A DNA stretch of 64,000 nucleotides from the NCBI RefSeq assembly GCF_009914755.1, contig NC_060925.1; one strand, 5' to 3'. The DNA is from the human T2T-CHM13v2.0 reference genome, Homo sapiens. The notes beneath the pieces are model-generated. The model made no database searches. It was given only the letters and a program-made list of their open reading frames with translations, and was not told where the DNA came from. The translations under genes were made by a program, and so were the position numbers. This document shows, piece after piece, positions 1 through 33,046 of this stretch (positions are counted from its first letter, which is position 1; every line of letters begins with the position of its first letter).

Positions 1-160
<160 letters not shown>

Positions 161-1329
161 ACCTACAAAGAGAAGAAACTGTTTAATCACTTTTTCAGTT
201 TAAACCTCCTTCTCTTTGGTTGATAAAACCATCATAACTCAAAAAACCCTCCTTACCCTTTATGAAGAAACGTTAGAAAGCTCTTCTGGGAACAGCCCAG
301 AGGGTGTTATTGGTTCTCACATCCAGGCCAAACGGTATCACCCAGAACAATACATTCTTAACAAAATGTTACTTCTCCCTACCACTCTGGTATAATAGCA
401 TTTCTGTGCACTTTTCCCCATTCCTCAAGGAGTGGGGCTGAATTCCCTATTAGGTAAGAGTTGTAGTAACAAACTTCCTGGTGTGGGCCTGAATGGACTT
501 AATCTTTAAGGGAAAGGTTGAAGATCCTGGTTCTCTATACCCAATGTGAAAACCTGTTTGAGGTATCCGAGGGCTAAAATTTGGCAACAAGGAATGCCAC
601 CTTCTCTATTTGAATATGATTTTGACATAATTATTTCTGTGGCCAGAAAGAGCATCTTGAGCTCCGTTTTGGAGAAGAGGAAACTATGGCCCAGAGATGA
701 AGAATGGCTTGCCTAGAGTCACAGTTGGTTTGCCGAAGGACTGTGAATTGGTTCTGTCTTCAGACTCCCCGTTTAGCTGAGGAGTGGGGGCTACTAGATT
801 TGGTGTCAGAAAACCAGTTCCTCCACTTCTGTAAATCATTTCACTGCCCTGAGACTGTCTGCTAATTTGGATTCTAGAACAACACAATCCACCTTACAAG
901 TATGTAAGGAGGAAAGTAAATAACAAACGGGTAAAGTGCTTTGTAAACTGTCTATACAAATATAAGAGACCGTTATTACAACACAGCGGAAGAAGTTGAA
1001 AAAAGGCAACGTCTTGCACACCCCAAAACTGGCAAAGAAATTACTACAATCACTAAGTGAAAGAATCCTGGCGGGGGAGGCGGGGGCGGGATTCAATTTT
1101 CCAACCCAAGCCACCAAAAAGTATTCTAAACGTGTGCTTGTGAGAGACAGCTTTTAAAGTTTGATTTTGGTTTTTTTTATTTTTTTCCTGAAGCCTCTAA
1201 GAATAAGCTCTAGAAACTTCAAGTTCTCTCCGGGATGACCCTGATAGCAAGCAACTGTTTCCTCTCCCTGGCCCCTGCCAATTTCAGAAAACAGGCACTT
1301 AAAAAAAAAAAAAAAAAATCTTAGTTGCC

Positions 1330-2420
1330 ACTCCACACGCCGGACGCGAAAGCCCAGACAGACCCTGCTCATCCTCTATGCCGATCTGCACAGACACCAC
1401 CCCAGTTATATCCTTCTATCGATCGGTCGATTCAGCTACAGACAACTCCCTTACGTTCCAATTCTAGGCTTATTTCAGCAAGACTGATGCTTTCCTCTGC
1501 GAGGCTCCCCGCTGGCCACCAGCCCTGCTCTCGCGACCTGCCGCTCCGACTGACGGGAAACCCCACACGGGGCGGGGACTCCCCAAGGAAAAAACGGGTC
1601 GCCTCCCAACCCGCGTTGTCCTCGCGCCTTCGCCCTGGGTAGGTGAGGCCGAGAAGGCAACCGCGAAAAGGAGGCGGAAACGCCTCCTACCCGACCCCCG
1701 AAAAGTTGACCGCGACCCCGCCTCACATGGCCCCTCCCAACCCCGTCTCTTTAAGGCGACAGCAGTGAGAGCGCATCATTTAGTTTCGGCGAACCCATCT
1801 TTAAAGCACGAAACTACTACGTCCCTTATGTTGAGTTTTGTGAAACCGTCTCCAGGGATCAAATTCAGAGTTGCGGCCACACGACGTGCCACATATCGTT
1901 ACACGGCGGGGGAAGAAGCGGATTACGCCTCCCGTCCCCTCTCCACCTCCGGTCACTGCGACGAGTCCCCAAACTCGCCCGCGGTCGGAGAACCCGCCGC
2001 TGACCCAGATTCCGCCGGGCGAAGGGCAGAGGGCGGCGCGCGCGGCTTCCCGGAGGAGTGGGCGCCGCCGGAGCAGACAGTGCGCGGACCCTGCAAGCGA
2101 CCCCAGCCCGCGCCCGTCGCGACGTCGGACGCCCAGGGCCTCGAGGCCGGGGAAGCCCACCCCCTAAAAAGATGAGTTGGCCGCACTGCAGAAAAGTTGG
2201 ACTAACTTCTCAGGCGCCTATGGCTGCGGCAGGGGCTGAGTGGGACTGGGGGGTCGCGCCCACGCCGCCGGCCCCCAGGAGGAGGAGTGCCGGGAGCGAA
2301 GCGGCGGAGCGCCCCCACCAGCCCGCTTCCCGCCCCCACGAGGTCAGGACGCCCGACTCGATGAAAGCCGAAAGGAGCTAAGCCCCCATGCACACACAAA
2401 AACGCCCCTAGAAACTTCAA
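1330..2420. promoter_or_regulatory. CpG island in ANP32E intron 1
   Basis: Very high GC and CpG density, with no repeats, next to ANP32E exon 1. Confidence 0.75.
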
Positions 2421-2608
2421 CCCTTCGCCATTTTAAGTAGAAGATTTTAATGATTTAAAACTTAAAATTAAACATTTCCCCAACCCTAACCCGGGGGGAT
2501 GGGGGCTAACTTATTACTCCATCCCCGCACACCCACCCAGGACCACCAGAAATCCGATCCTCAGAATACTGGACTGATGGGGAAGCGGTGGGGGCTGAGT
2601 CATCTCAC

Positions 2609-2662
2609 CTCCTCCGGGGATCTGTTCCTTAACTCCAGGTTAATCTTCTTCTTCATCTCCAT
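2609..2662 (-). CDS. ANP32E: ANP32E coding exon 1 (acidic nuclear phosphoprotein 32E, H2A.Z chaperone); the rest of the gene lies left of the window
   Basis: Minus strand ATG at 2662 reads MEMKKKINLELRNRSPEE (54 nt, 18 codons), then the donor GTGAG. This is the ANP32E N-terminus. Confidence 0.95.
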
Positions 2663-2880
2663 GTCCTCCTCTTGCTCTTCAGCTACTACTCTCCTTTTCC
2701 CTTTCCTGCCTTCCCCAATACCCCCAACCCAAAATTTTTAAGAGATTTAGAAATGAATGAAAAGGAACGCAAATATAAACGCCCACTACCACCACCAGAT
2801 AGGTGTGGGGGAGAAAGAAGAGAATAGCAAATGGAGTCCAAGAGTTGGGACTCTAACTCAGCTGCCCCCACCTCCTTGTC

Positions 2881-2951
2881 CACACACTAGCGCGCGCACA
2901 CACACGCACGCACGCGCGCACACACATACACACACACATACACACACACAC
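2881..2951. repeat. Compound (CA)n/(CG)n microsatellite in the ANP32E 5' leader
   Basis: cacacactagcgcgcgcacacacacgcacgcacgcgcgcacacacatacacacacacatacacacacacac. Confidence 0.9.
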
Positions 2952-3039
2952 CCGCAGTTCCTTCCCCTTCAATGGCTGCTCAGAGACTGAGCCTCCATGA
3001 CACGGCACCGCCAACCCCCTGGCCTACACTCCACCCACC

Positions 3040-3260
3040 TCCCAAACGTGTTGGTTGATTCTTCAGCGTCACATTACTTCATTGGGCTAGGTAAAGGTCT
3101 ATCAGTCTTCAGGGAGGCCCTGGACCAGAAATTCCGTACCTATTGGCTACGATCAAGCGCGCAGTTAATTTTGATAGGTCCAGGAGGGTGTACGTCCCGG
3201 AGAAATGATTTTGAATCCCAGTACCCCCCCTACTTTTCTTTATGTAGTTGGCGCGCTTTC
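3040..3260 (-). promoter_or_regulatory. ANP32E proximal promoter with CCAAT, CHR-like and E2F-like motifs
   Basis: ATTGG at 3081 and 3142, TTTGAA at 3210-3215, TTGGCGCG at 3248-3255, immediately upstream of the exon 1 leader. Confidence 0.55.
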
Positions 3261-3842
3261 CCTAGGCACTCGGACAGTTTCGTTGTCTGTTGGATTTGGT
3301 TTTTAGTTTTTGGTTTTTTATTCTGTTGTTAGTGTTAAAGAGGGAGAAAGCATCCTTCCGTGCCCAAGTTGCGATACTGAGAATTCACCACACGGCACGC
3401 ACTGGCTCTTGGCCGTTTTAAAAGCATAGCCTCTGCTTTGCAACCAAGGTGTACAGCAACGTGCGCATCACATTAAAAAGATGCCTTCGTGGCATTGTCC
3501 TGCTGGGGTCAGGCTCTTCACAGAGACTGACCTTCCGTGATGCAGAGCTAGAGCCGAGATTTTAAAGATGGTAGGTTAACACCATAAAAGACAACAATTT
3601 TGAAAGCAGTTGGGTGAAAGCAGTATGTAAGTTAGTAATATTTAAATAAAACTATCCTGGAGGAATTGTTACTGAGTTAATTGTTGCTGTAATAAACACT
3701 AAGACCTTGGAGGAAAAACGACGCTGTCCTAATGAAAATCAGACATTAATTAGCATAGAAATGGCACCGCGATGCCGCTCTAATTTCCCTTTGGTTGGTT
3801 TCCATGGAAATCTGTAGGTAAAGTGTGCTTTTAAAAGTGTTT

Positions 3843-4030
3843 ATCGCTTCTCTGCCTTTTGGCTAAGATCAAGTGTAGGATCTGTTCTTAACAGTTTAAT
3901 ATCTGATATATTTTCTATCCGAGTCCAATATATTAAATGGATTTGGGGAGCAGGAAGACGGAATAGGAGCTTGCTTGTTCACTTCACGCATCGATCTGGT
4001 ATTGCAGTACCTCCAGGAACAGTGCACCCC
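3843..4030 (+). pseudogene. RNU2-17P: Full-length diverged U2 snRNA copy
   Basis: ATCGCTTCTCTGCCTTTTGGCTAAGATCAAGTGTAG...GGTATTGCAGTACCTCCAGGAACAGTGCACC is colinear with U2. The branch-site pairing sequence GTAGTA is GTAGGA and the Sm site ATTTTTG is ATTTGGG. Symbol is from recall of this locus. Confidence 0.88.
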
Positions 4031-4049
4031 CTCAGGGGATTAAAATTTA

Positions 4050-6469
<2,420 letters not shown>

Positions 6470-6544
6470 CCTCAGGATATTATTAAATTCAACATGCCTT
6501 TAACATTCAAAATCCAAGCTCATCTACTGCTGCTGAATATCTTG

Positions 6545-7500
6545 TTTGCACTTCTAGATCTACTCTTCACGCTTCTCCACCCTGCTCTGTAACCCAGAAC
6601 CTATATGGACTGCGTGAAGTCCTGTGGCTTCCTGGACTTGGTCCTGATAGGAAATCAAGTCAGGAGGAAAGTGAGGTTGGACATTTATTCCCCAGCTTCC
6701 TCTCTGCCAGGTCCATACAAAATGGCTGAGTCCCTCTAAGGAAAGCCATAGATGGTGTCAGAACTGTGGTGGACACTGTGATGTACCACCCAGCTTTTCC
6801 TTCAGGAATGAGGAACTTGTTCCTGTAGCTGCTGGGAGTACTACTGGAAGATGACCCTAAACTGTCAGCCCTTTTAGGGGATTGCCTGGCTCAAGATTAC
6901 CTCACTCAAGGTTATACCTCCTTTTGGGGAAGCCTGAATCCAACGAGTGATTAACACAGAGGTGTAAAGGACCAGCCTGCCCTTTTGCCCAGTTTTAGAC
7001 AAACTCAGAAGGGTCATCCCAGCTCCAGAGCACCCTGTTGGGGTCAGCTGAGGCCTTCGTTAGGATGGCATTGCCATTCAGTTTCTCTCTCTACTTCATC
7101 CTGCTTCTTTCTTCTTCCTCCCACAGGTAATGGTCCCAATATCACTCAACAACAAATGTCCCAACATCTCAGTCTGCTTCCTGGGGACATGTGACAGTGG
7201 CTCTCTCCAAATACCTACCCTCTGAGAACGCCCAAACTAACCTATAAAAGCAATCACCTAGAGAAGCCTTGAGACCATGTGAAGAGAGTGACAGGTGCCC
7301 AGCCAGCCCCCAGCTTCTTCAACCCCCATTTCCAGTTGCAGCCACCATCTGACCTCATGAGAGATCCTGAGTCAGAACCAGCCAGCTCAGCCTTTCCCAA
7401 ACTCCTGTGTCACAGAAATCACCAGAAATAATAAAATAATCATTATTCTTTTAAATATCTAAATTTGGGGTTGTTAGGTAGCAATAGTAATTGGAACAAC
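6545..7500. mobile_element. Old ERVL/MaLR LTR fragments (LTR33/LTR16-like at ~6545-7200, MLT1-like 3' end at ~7240-7500)
   Basis: TGTGGTGGACACTGTGATG start and ...GTCTGCTTCCTGGGGA..GACA end resemble LTR16. CAGAAATC..ATAATAAA..TTTGGGGTTGTT..GCAATAG resembles an MLT1 3' end. Families are from recall only. Confidence 0.5.
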
Positions 7501-7539
7501 TTCCTAGCACACATTTTTCTGATCAAATCTCACTAGTGC

Positions 7540-9230
<1,691 letters not shown>

Positions 9231-9699
9231 GAATAGCTACAGACTGCTGTTCTGCTCTTCTCTTAACCTTTTCACTTTCCCTTTTCCAAACTAGTTAATT
9301 TGCAGTTTAAAGATAAAGGTAGGCCAGTGCAACTAATGCATTTTCTCCAGAGTTTAAACTCACTTGGAACCACCAGAAATCATTCCCACTCATACCACTA
9401 AGAAATCCTGTCCCAGAAAACCACCCAACAGGGTCACTACTGCTCTCCTTAGCACTAGGAGAGATGATCAATACCCAGAGAACACCAATAATTCTAGATG
9501 CCCACTGTGCTAATATGTTTTGAGAACCTTCCAGGTCAACACCTTTTAAGGCAATGTAGGTTTTTATATTTGTACAGGACCTTAGAGTTAGGGGATATAT
9601 GTCTATATATTTATATTCTATCTATAGATCTAAAGTGAGTTACTTTTACAAAAAAAACAAAAACAAAAACAAAAAACACTGAATTTTATGAGGTTAAGT

Positions 9700-11250
<1,551 letters not shown>

Positions 11251-11510
11251 AGATAACTAAAACAAGAGGTAGTGATTAGTAATTTGTAAATATGAAACTC
11301 AAATTCATTTCCTCTATTTCCTCTTTTTCGAAGTTCAACTCTTTTTCCAAAGGTTACCAATAGAATCCTGTTTAATTCATGGGTGCACAAAAAGTTCTGC
11401 TCCCTAAAATATCATTCTTATTATTTATTGATGCTCAAAATGCCACAAATAGATACTCAATCTTATGACTCCCATTGAGATACAAAAACTCCAGGATGAC
11501 TAACAAGTAA

Positions 11511-16445
<4,935 letters not shown>

Positions 16446-16959
16446 CCCTGCCCCACCCCCCCCCCAAAAAACCCAATATACATTATCATGAAATTATATA
16501 TAACACCCAGGAGAAAGGAAAATTACTAAAAAGCTTCCAGAGAGAAGAGCCAGTTGAACTCAGAACTGGAGGTTAAAGGGTTCCAAGAGGAATATCTCTT
16601 TTAAAAATGTTATGACAGAATGAATATCTGACAGGTTGGAACATAATAAAATAAGAGTTAGATTTTCAACAGTGAATTTGGAGATGAATAAGCAACTAGA
16701 AAACTAAAACAAAAGAAAAAAATAAGGCCATTATTAATTTGAGGGAAATTAAAAGTTATACAAGAAAGGAAATATAATACACTTCTTGGCTAAGCTGTGA
16801 GTAAATACTGATGATAACTTAAATGTTAATTTAACTAATATTACGATATAATAGTTATTTCCAAGGGGCTGGGGGCAGGAGAAGTGTGTTTTAGGAAGGA
16901 AGTATTATGTAAAAGAAGTAACTCCTCATCTTTTGTGGTTGGAAGTTAATAGGTAATTC

Positions 16960-17346
16960 TGTGGCAGAGGGCAGGCCTATGCAAACCTGTTCCAAAAGTC
17001 CAAGGAAGCTGAGAGGCCAAAGAAAGAGGCTGACAAGTCCAGTTTCTTAGAAATAAACATTTAATAGAGACTTATGAACAGAGGCCGTGTGCATGTCTTG
17101 GGCAATGGTGAGATGAGATGGTGGTTTCCTGCTCCATTACCCCCAGACCTGGGGCTTCTATACTACAGGGAAAGGGTGATTCAGAAGGGATGTATAGATA
17201 CGATAACATCAAGGTTGTTTGAGCTAAGGGCAGAATGTATGGTAATACCTGCTCTTACACCAGGAACAATAGGCAAACTTGAAATCTTAGAGGCCTTCCC
17301 AGAACTGGGGTTAATCAGAAGCCAACATGGTGGATTAGCTTTCACA
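16960..17346 (-). mobile_element. Solo ERV LTR (~387 bp) within AT-rich, L1-like sequence
   Basis: TG...CA termini (TGTGGCAGAG...TTTCACA), flanked by AATTC / AATAC as a probable 5-bp target-site duplication. Minus-strand ATTAAA near 17060. Family not assigned. Confidence 0.6.
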
Positions 17347-17573
17347 AATACCTGAAACTCTAAAAAATCAAGACATAGCAGTATAAATATGTTTTTGGAA
17401 ATTTGAGGTGAATACTAGGAGGAAGTTAGAAAGTTGCAGCAATTATCTCTGGGAAGTAAGAATTAGATGTGGGAAGAATAGAGTGTTTAATTATAACCTA
17501 TGTTGATCTATTTGACTTTTTAAACTATGTACCTGTTCTACTTTGATAAAAATAAAAATTAAATTTAAAAATA

Positions 17574-22525
<4,952 letters not shown>

Positions 22526-24639
22526 TGAGAGAGAGGTCAGAACTAAAACAAAGGTGCCAGAGTTTGAGTGGAAACTAAGACTGAGTGGGGAGAGGGAGCT
22601 GTGTCAGTTTTTTTTTTTTTTAACTTACATATAAGGGTCCCCTTGACACCTACTCCAAATCAGCACAGCTAGAAAGCAACAAAAGAAATATCCACAGTAA
22701 AGCCAAAGATCAAGATAAAGTCAAGTGCCTGGAGGACGGCGCTCGCCTTCTGGCTCCCTCTGTCCTAGAAAGGAGGGCCTTTGTCGTCTGGGAAGCATAA
22801 GCACCTGGATGCGTTGCTCACCCAAGATCAGGGAAGTGTTGATTCCAGGCTAAGATATCTTTGTGAAACAATGTTCAGTTGCGTAGGCAAAATCCCAAAG
22901 CCCAGCAGCAGTGAAATACCTCCCAGAAGGAACCACATACACAAAGCATTTTAAATTAAAATTTAAAAATTCATAGACGAGCCAGGAGGTGGCGCCTGGC
23001 AAGACACGCTATCTGCCTTGGAAATCGGAATCTCAGCTCAGCGCTCCAGGGGAACTCTGTTCCGGCAGAGGTCATTCTGTTCAGACCTCTTCTTTCCTAC
23101 TAAATCTCTTCTTTCATACCAAGATGTCTCTGCTTTCTTTTTTTGTTTCTTTGTGTTAAGTACCCTGATTCCCGGGAAATCTAATTTATACTTCAAGTCT
23201 TTTACTCTTCTTAGATGGGATGGATGGGGCTTTGGGGAACCTCAAAACATAAAACTTTCCTGAAGGGGACAAATAACTCAGAGGGTGATAGGAGAAGAAA
23301 AAGGGAAATGACATCAGCAAAATGGCTTGGCTTTGCAGATCAATCACAGGGGATAGAAAGGCACAGTGAGCTCCTGTCTCTGCAGGAGCTGATGATCCAG
23401 CACATGCATTATTCTGTTCATTTGGCTTTTATCCTGCTCCCTTATTTAGCTTCTGCTCCCTTTGTTTGGCTATTTATTGCTACTCGGCAGGAGCAAGGAG
23501 GGCAGAGGGAGCTTCAGATGGGTGCATCCTCCTGGCTGGTGCCTCTGGTGAAGAGCATGGAGGAGAAAGAGGTTTCAATGTCTGGCTTGAAAGTATCTGT
23601 GGGTTTCACATTCTCTAACGAGGGATTTAGGATGTACATTCCAATCGGGATTTCCAGTCCCGTGGGGAGCAAACATCAGTTCACATTCCTGAGACGTGCA
23701 GCCTCCATGCTCCACGGACGCAGCTCCTTGGTGGCAGGTTTCATTCAGTGCCACATGTCCTGCCTCAGCCCTTTGTTGGGCTGGAAGGAAGACCCTGAGC
23801 CCCTCTTCCATCTGGATCACATGGTCTCTCCAGACCCTCCCCTCTCTTTCTCTGGAAACCACCTTTTTCTGATGGTGGTAGTGATTGTTCCTAAAGTCTC
23901 TCCTTTCCTCCTGCCCTGGCCTCTCTGCCGGAGGTCAGTGTCCTCTTCAGTGACAAAAGCCGCCCTAGATCTGGGCTCCCTGGAGAGGGAGGTGGCTGGG
24001 TCTGGCAGTTACAGCCGCTGTCTCTCCATGGTGCTGCTACACCCCTCCCCCACTGGGCATACAAATGGGCTTTATCCAGCAAACAACGCTCCCTCCCCGC
24101 ACTCCCCCCACCCCAGGCCACACAGGCACGTGGACCCAGGCCTCACCGTGGGAAGGGGGTGGTGGCAGGCACAGAAGAGATTGCTCCAGATGAGTTCTCC
24201 TTGCCTCACTTCTCTTCCTTAGAACTTAGGACACAACTCAGGTTTTAGTTATTGACTTCCTCCACCCCTCCCCTGCACCCTGAGTCCCTAATTCCTTCTT
24301 GTTATATATCTCCTAATTCTGGACTCTTCCCATTCCAGGGCAGCTCAGATTATGCAGGGAATTGGGAACAGGTACCCCCACCATCTGCCGCATACCACCC
24401 AGGGAGCTGCTCCTCAGAGGAGAAATCAGGCGGGGGGATGAAAATACAGTGTCCTTTTGAGGGGGCTGAGTTGAACCCCAAAGCCCCTTCCTTGACCCTG
24501 CCTGCTCCAGGGAACACCCATCTAAACAGCATCTGTGTGACTAGCAGAGGAAGGAAGAGCTCACCCCAGCTGGGCTCCTGAGCCAGGGCCAGGGCTCCAG
24601 TGAAACTTGCCGCGCTCCAGCTCCGAGTGGGGCCATCCT

Positions 24640-24670
24640 GCATGCCTAATTGGCTATTTAAGGAGCTGTT
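24640..24670 (+). promoter_or_regulatory. CA14 core promoter (inverted CCAAT plus TATA-like TATTTAA)
   Basis: ATTGG at 24649-24653 abuts TATTTAA at 24655-24661, about 385 nt upstream of the CA14 ATG. Confidence 0.45.
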
Positions 24671-24932
24671 CACCAGCAGCCCAGGCAGCACCCCCGTCCC
24701 CACATACACCAGTTCAGAGCCACCTTAAAAGCAGGAGGCAGTTGTAAAGTCGCTGGCCAGCTAGTGGAGTGGAGACTGCAGAGGGAGATAAAGAGAGAGG
24801 GCAAAGAGGCAGCAAGAGATTTGTCCTGGGGATCCAGAAACCCATGATACCCTACTGAACACCGAATCCCCTGGAAGCCCACAGAGACAGAGACAGCAAG
24901 AGAAGCAGAGATAAATACACTCACGCCAGGAG

Positions 24933-24981
24933 CTCGCTCGCTCTCTCTCTCTCTCTCTCACTCCTCCCTCCCTCTCTCTCT
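24933..24981 (+). repeat. (CT)n-rich tract in the CA14 5' leader
   Basis: ctcgctcgctctctctctctctctctcactcctccctccctctctctct. Confidence 0.8.
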
Positions 24982-25041
24982 GCCTGTCCTAGTCCTCTAG
25001 TCCTCAAATTCCCAGTCCCCTGCACCCCTTCCTGGGACACT

Positions 25042-31576
<6,535 letters not shown>

Positions 31577-31975
31577 ATTCCTTCTCAGATACCATGGATG
31601 TGGATGACTTCCCTTCATGCCTATCAGGAAGCCTCTAAAATGGGGTGTAGGATCTGGCCAGAAACACTGTAGGAGTAGTAAGCAGATGTCCTCCTTCCCC
31701 TGGACATCTCCTAGAGAGGAATGGACCCAGGCTGTCATTCCAGGAAGAACTGCAGAGCCTTCAGCCTCTCCAAACATGTAGGAGGAAATGAGGAAATCGC
31801 TGTGTTGTTAATGCAGAGAACAAACTCTGTTTAGTTGCAGGGGAAGTTTGGGATATACCCCAAAGTCCTCTACCCCCTCACTTTTATGGCCCTTTCCCTA
31901 GATATACTGCGGGATCTCTCCTTAGGATAAAGAGTTGCTGTTGAAGTTGTATATTTTTGATCAATATATTTGGAA

Positions 31976-31981
31976 ATTAAA
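31976..31981 (+). terminator. CA14 polyadenylation signal (ATTAAA)
   Basis: ATTAAA 400 nt after the stop, preceded by TGTA and followed by T-rich sequence. Confidence 0.7.
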
Positions 31982-32333
31982 GTTTCTGACTTTAATTCTG
32001 GCCTATCCTTTGAGGCTCTTGAGGGTGGGCAAGTTCCTGAATCCCTCAGGTGGTAAAGATGGGCAAAGGATGGGGAAAAGAAGCATGGGTGATTAACTCC
32101 TTTTATCCCACCCCTGGAAGGAAAGATAAGCTTCTGGGAAAACACTTAACCCAAAGTTTCAGACATGTTAAACCACTAGCCCAGATTTCTGCCCTTGCAC
32201 CAAGGCTATGCTTGGAAATCAGTGGTTGCCAGGTTAGGAAAGTGGCTGGATGAGAGATCTGAGGACAGAAATCTCAATTAACATGCTATCCCCTCCCTTA
32301 AAAGCCAAGTTCCCCCACAATTACAAATTCTTT

Positions 32334-32339
32334 TTTATT
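32334..32339 (-). terminator. APH1A polyadenylation signal (AATAAA)
   Basis: TTTATT on + equals AATAAA on -, downstream of the last APH1A exon. Confidence 0.7.
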
Positions 32340-33046
32340 AGTCAAAATCACAATCACCTTGATTAAAAGGATGGGACACTCCACCCTCAGCAGAAAATGA
32401 TACAGTTTATAGAAAACCTCCCCGCCCCTCCCACACCCCAATTAAAAACTACAAAAAAATCTCCCCTCCTTCCCTACGATGTCATGGTAGTCTGACTCCT
32501 CCAGTGGCACTGCAGCTCTGGAGTGGCCAGCTCACCACAGCACCCTCCACTTCACCTTGGGGAGAGGAGGGATGCTGGTGGTTAAGGAGGTTAAAACCAT
32601 TAGTTCCAGTAATGCCAGTTCCCAAACATGCACTTCCTTCCTTTCCCCCAAGGTCTGGGACCAAGGAGAAAGGGACCGAAATGAGCCCAGCCATGAGGAG
32701 CAACTCGAGGAGAGAAAATATAGCCCAAGGAGGTTAGAAGAGTTCCAATATACCTCCTCCCTCCCCCCACCTCAAAAAAGAAAAAAAGGCAGTTTAGGGT
32801 ATTTATCACACCAAAAATGGTTCCCCCTCAGGCCTGAGAAAAAGACCAAGATGTCCAGTCTTGAGGGAGTACTGAGAAACTCAGAGCTCATCTATCCTTG
32901 AGCCTCCATTAATTTCATCTCCAGGGCAATGGCTAAACTAGGTCCCTTTTCTTGGCAACCTGCACTGTCCAGAACTGGAGATGGAGAAATACAGGGCGAG
33001 GACATCAGGAGGGCACCCCAGGCCCAGGGGTCCCCCCTAGGTTCCC

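Noticed and set aside
1325-2440. Overlapping ORFs on both strands in the ANP32E CpG island
   Set aside because: Stop-poor GC-rich DNA giving Pro/Arg/Ala/Gly-rich translations with no recognisable family
3760-3800. Canonical PSE for the U2 copy
   Set aside because: The best match (GCACCGCGAT) lies about 19 nt too far upstream and matches only the first half, so it is not called as a feature
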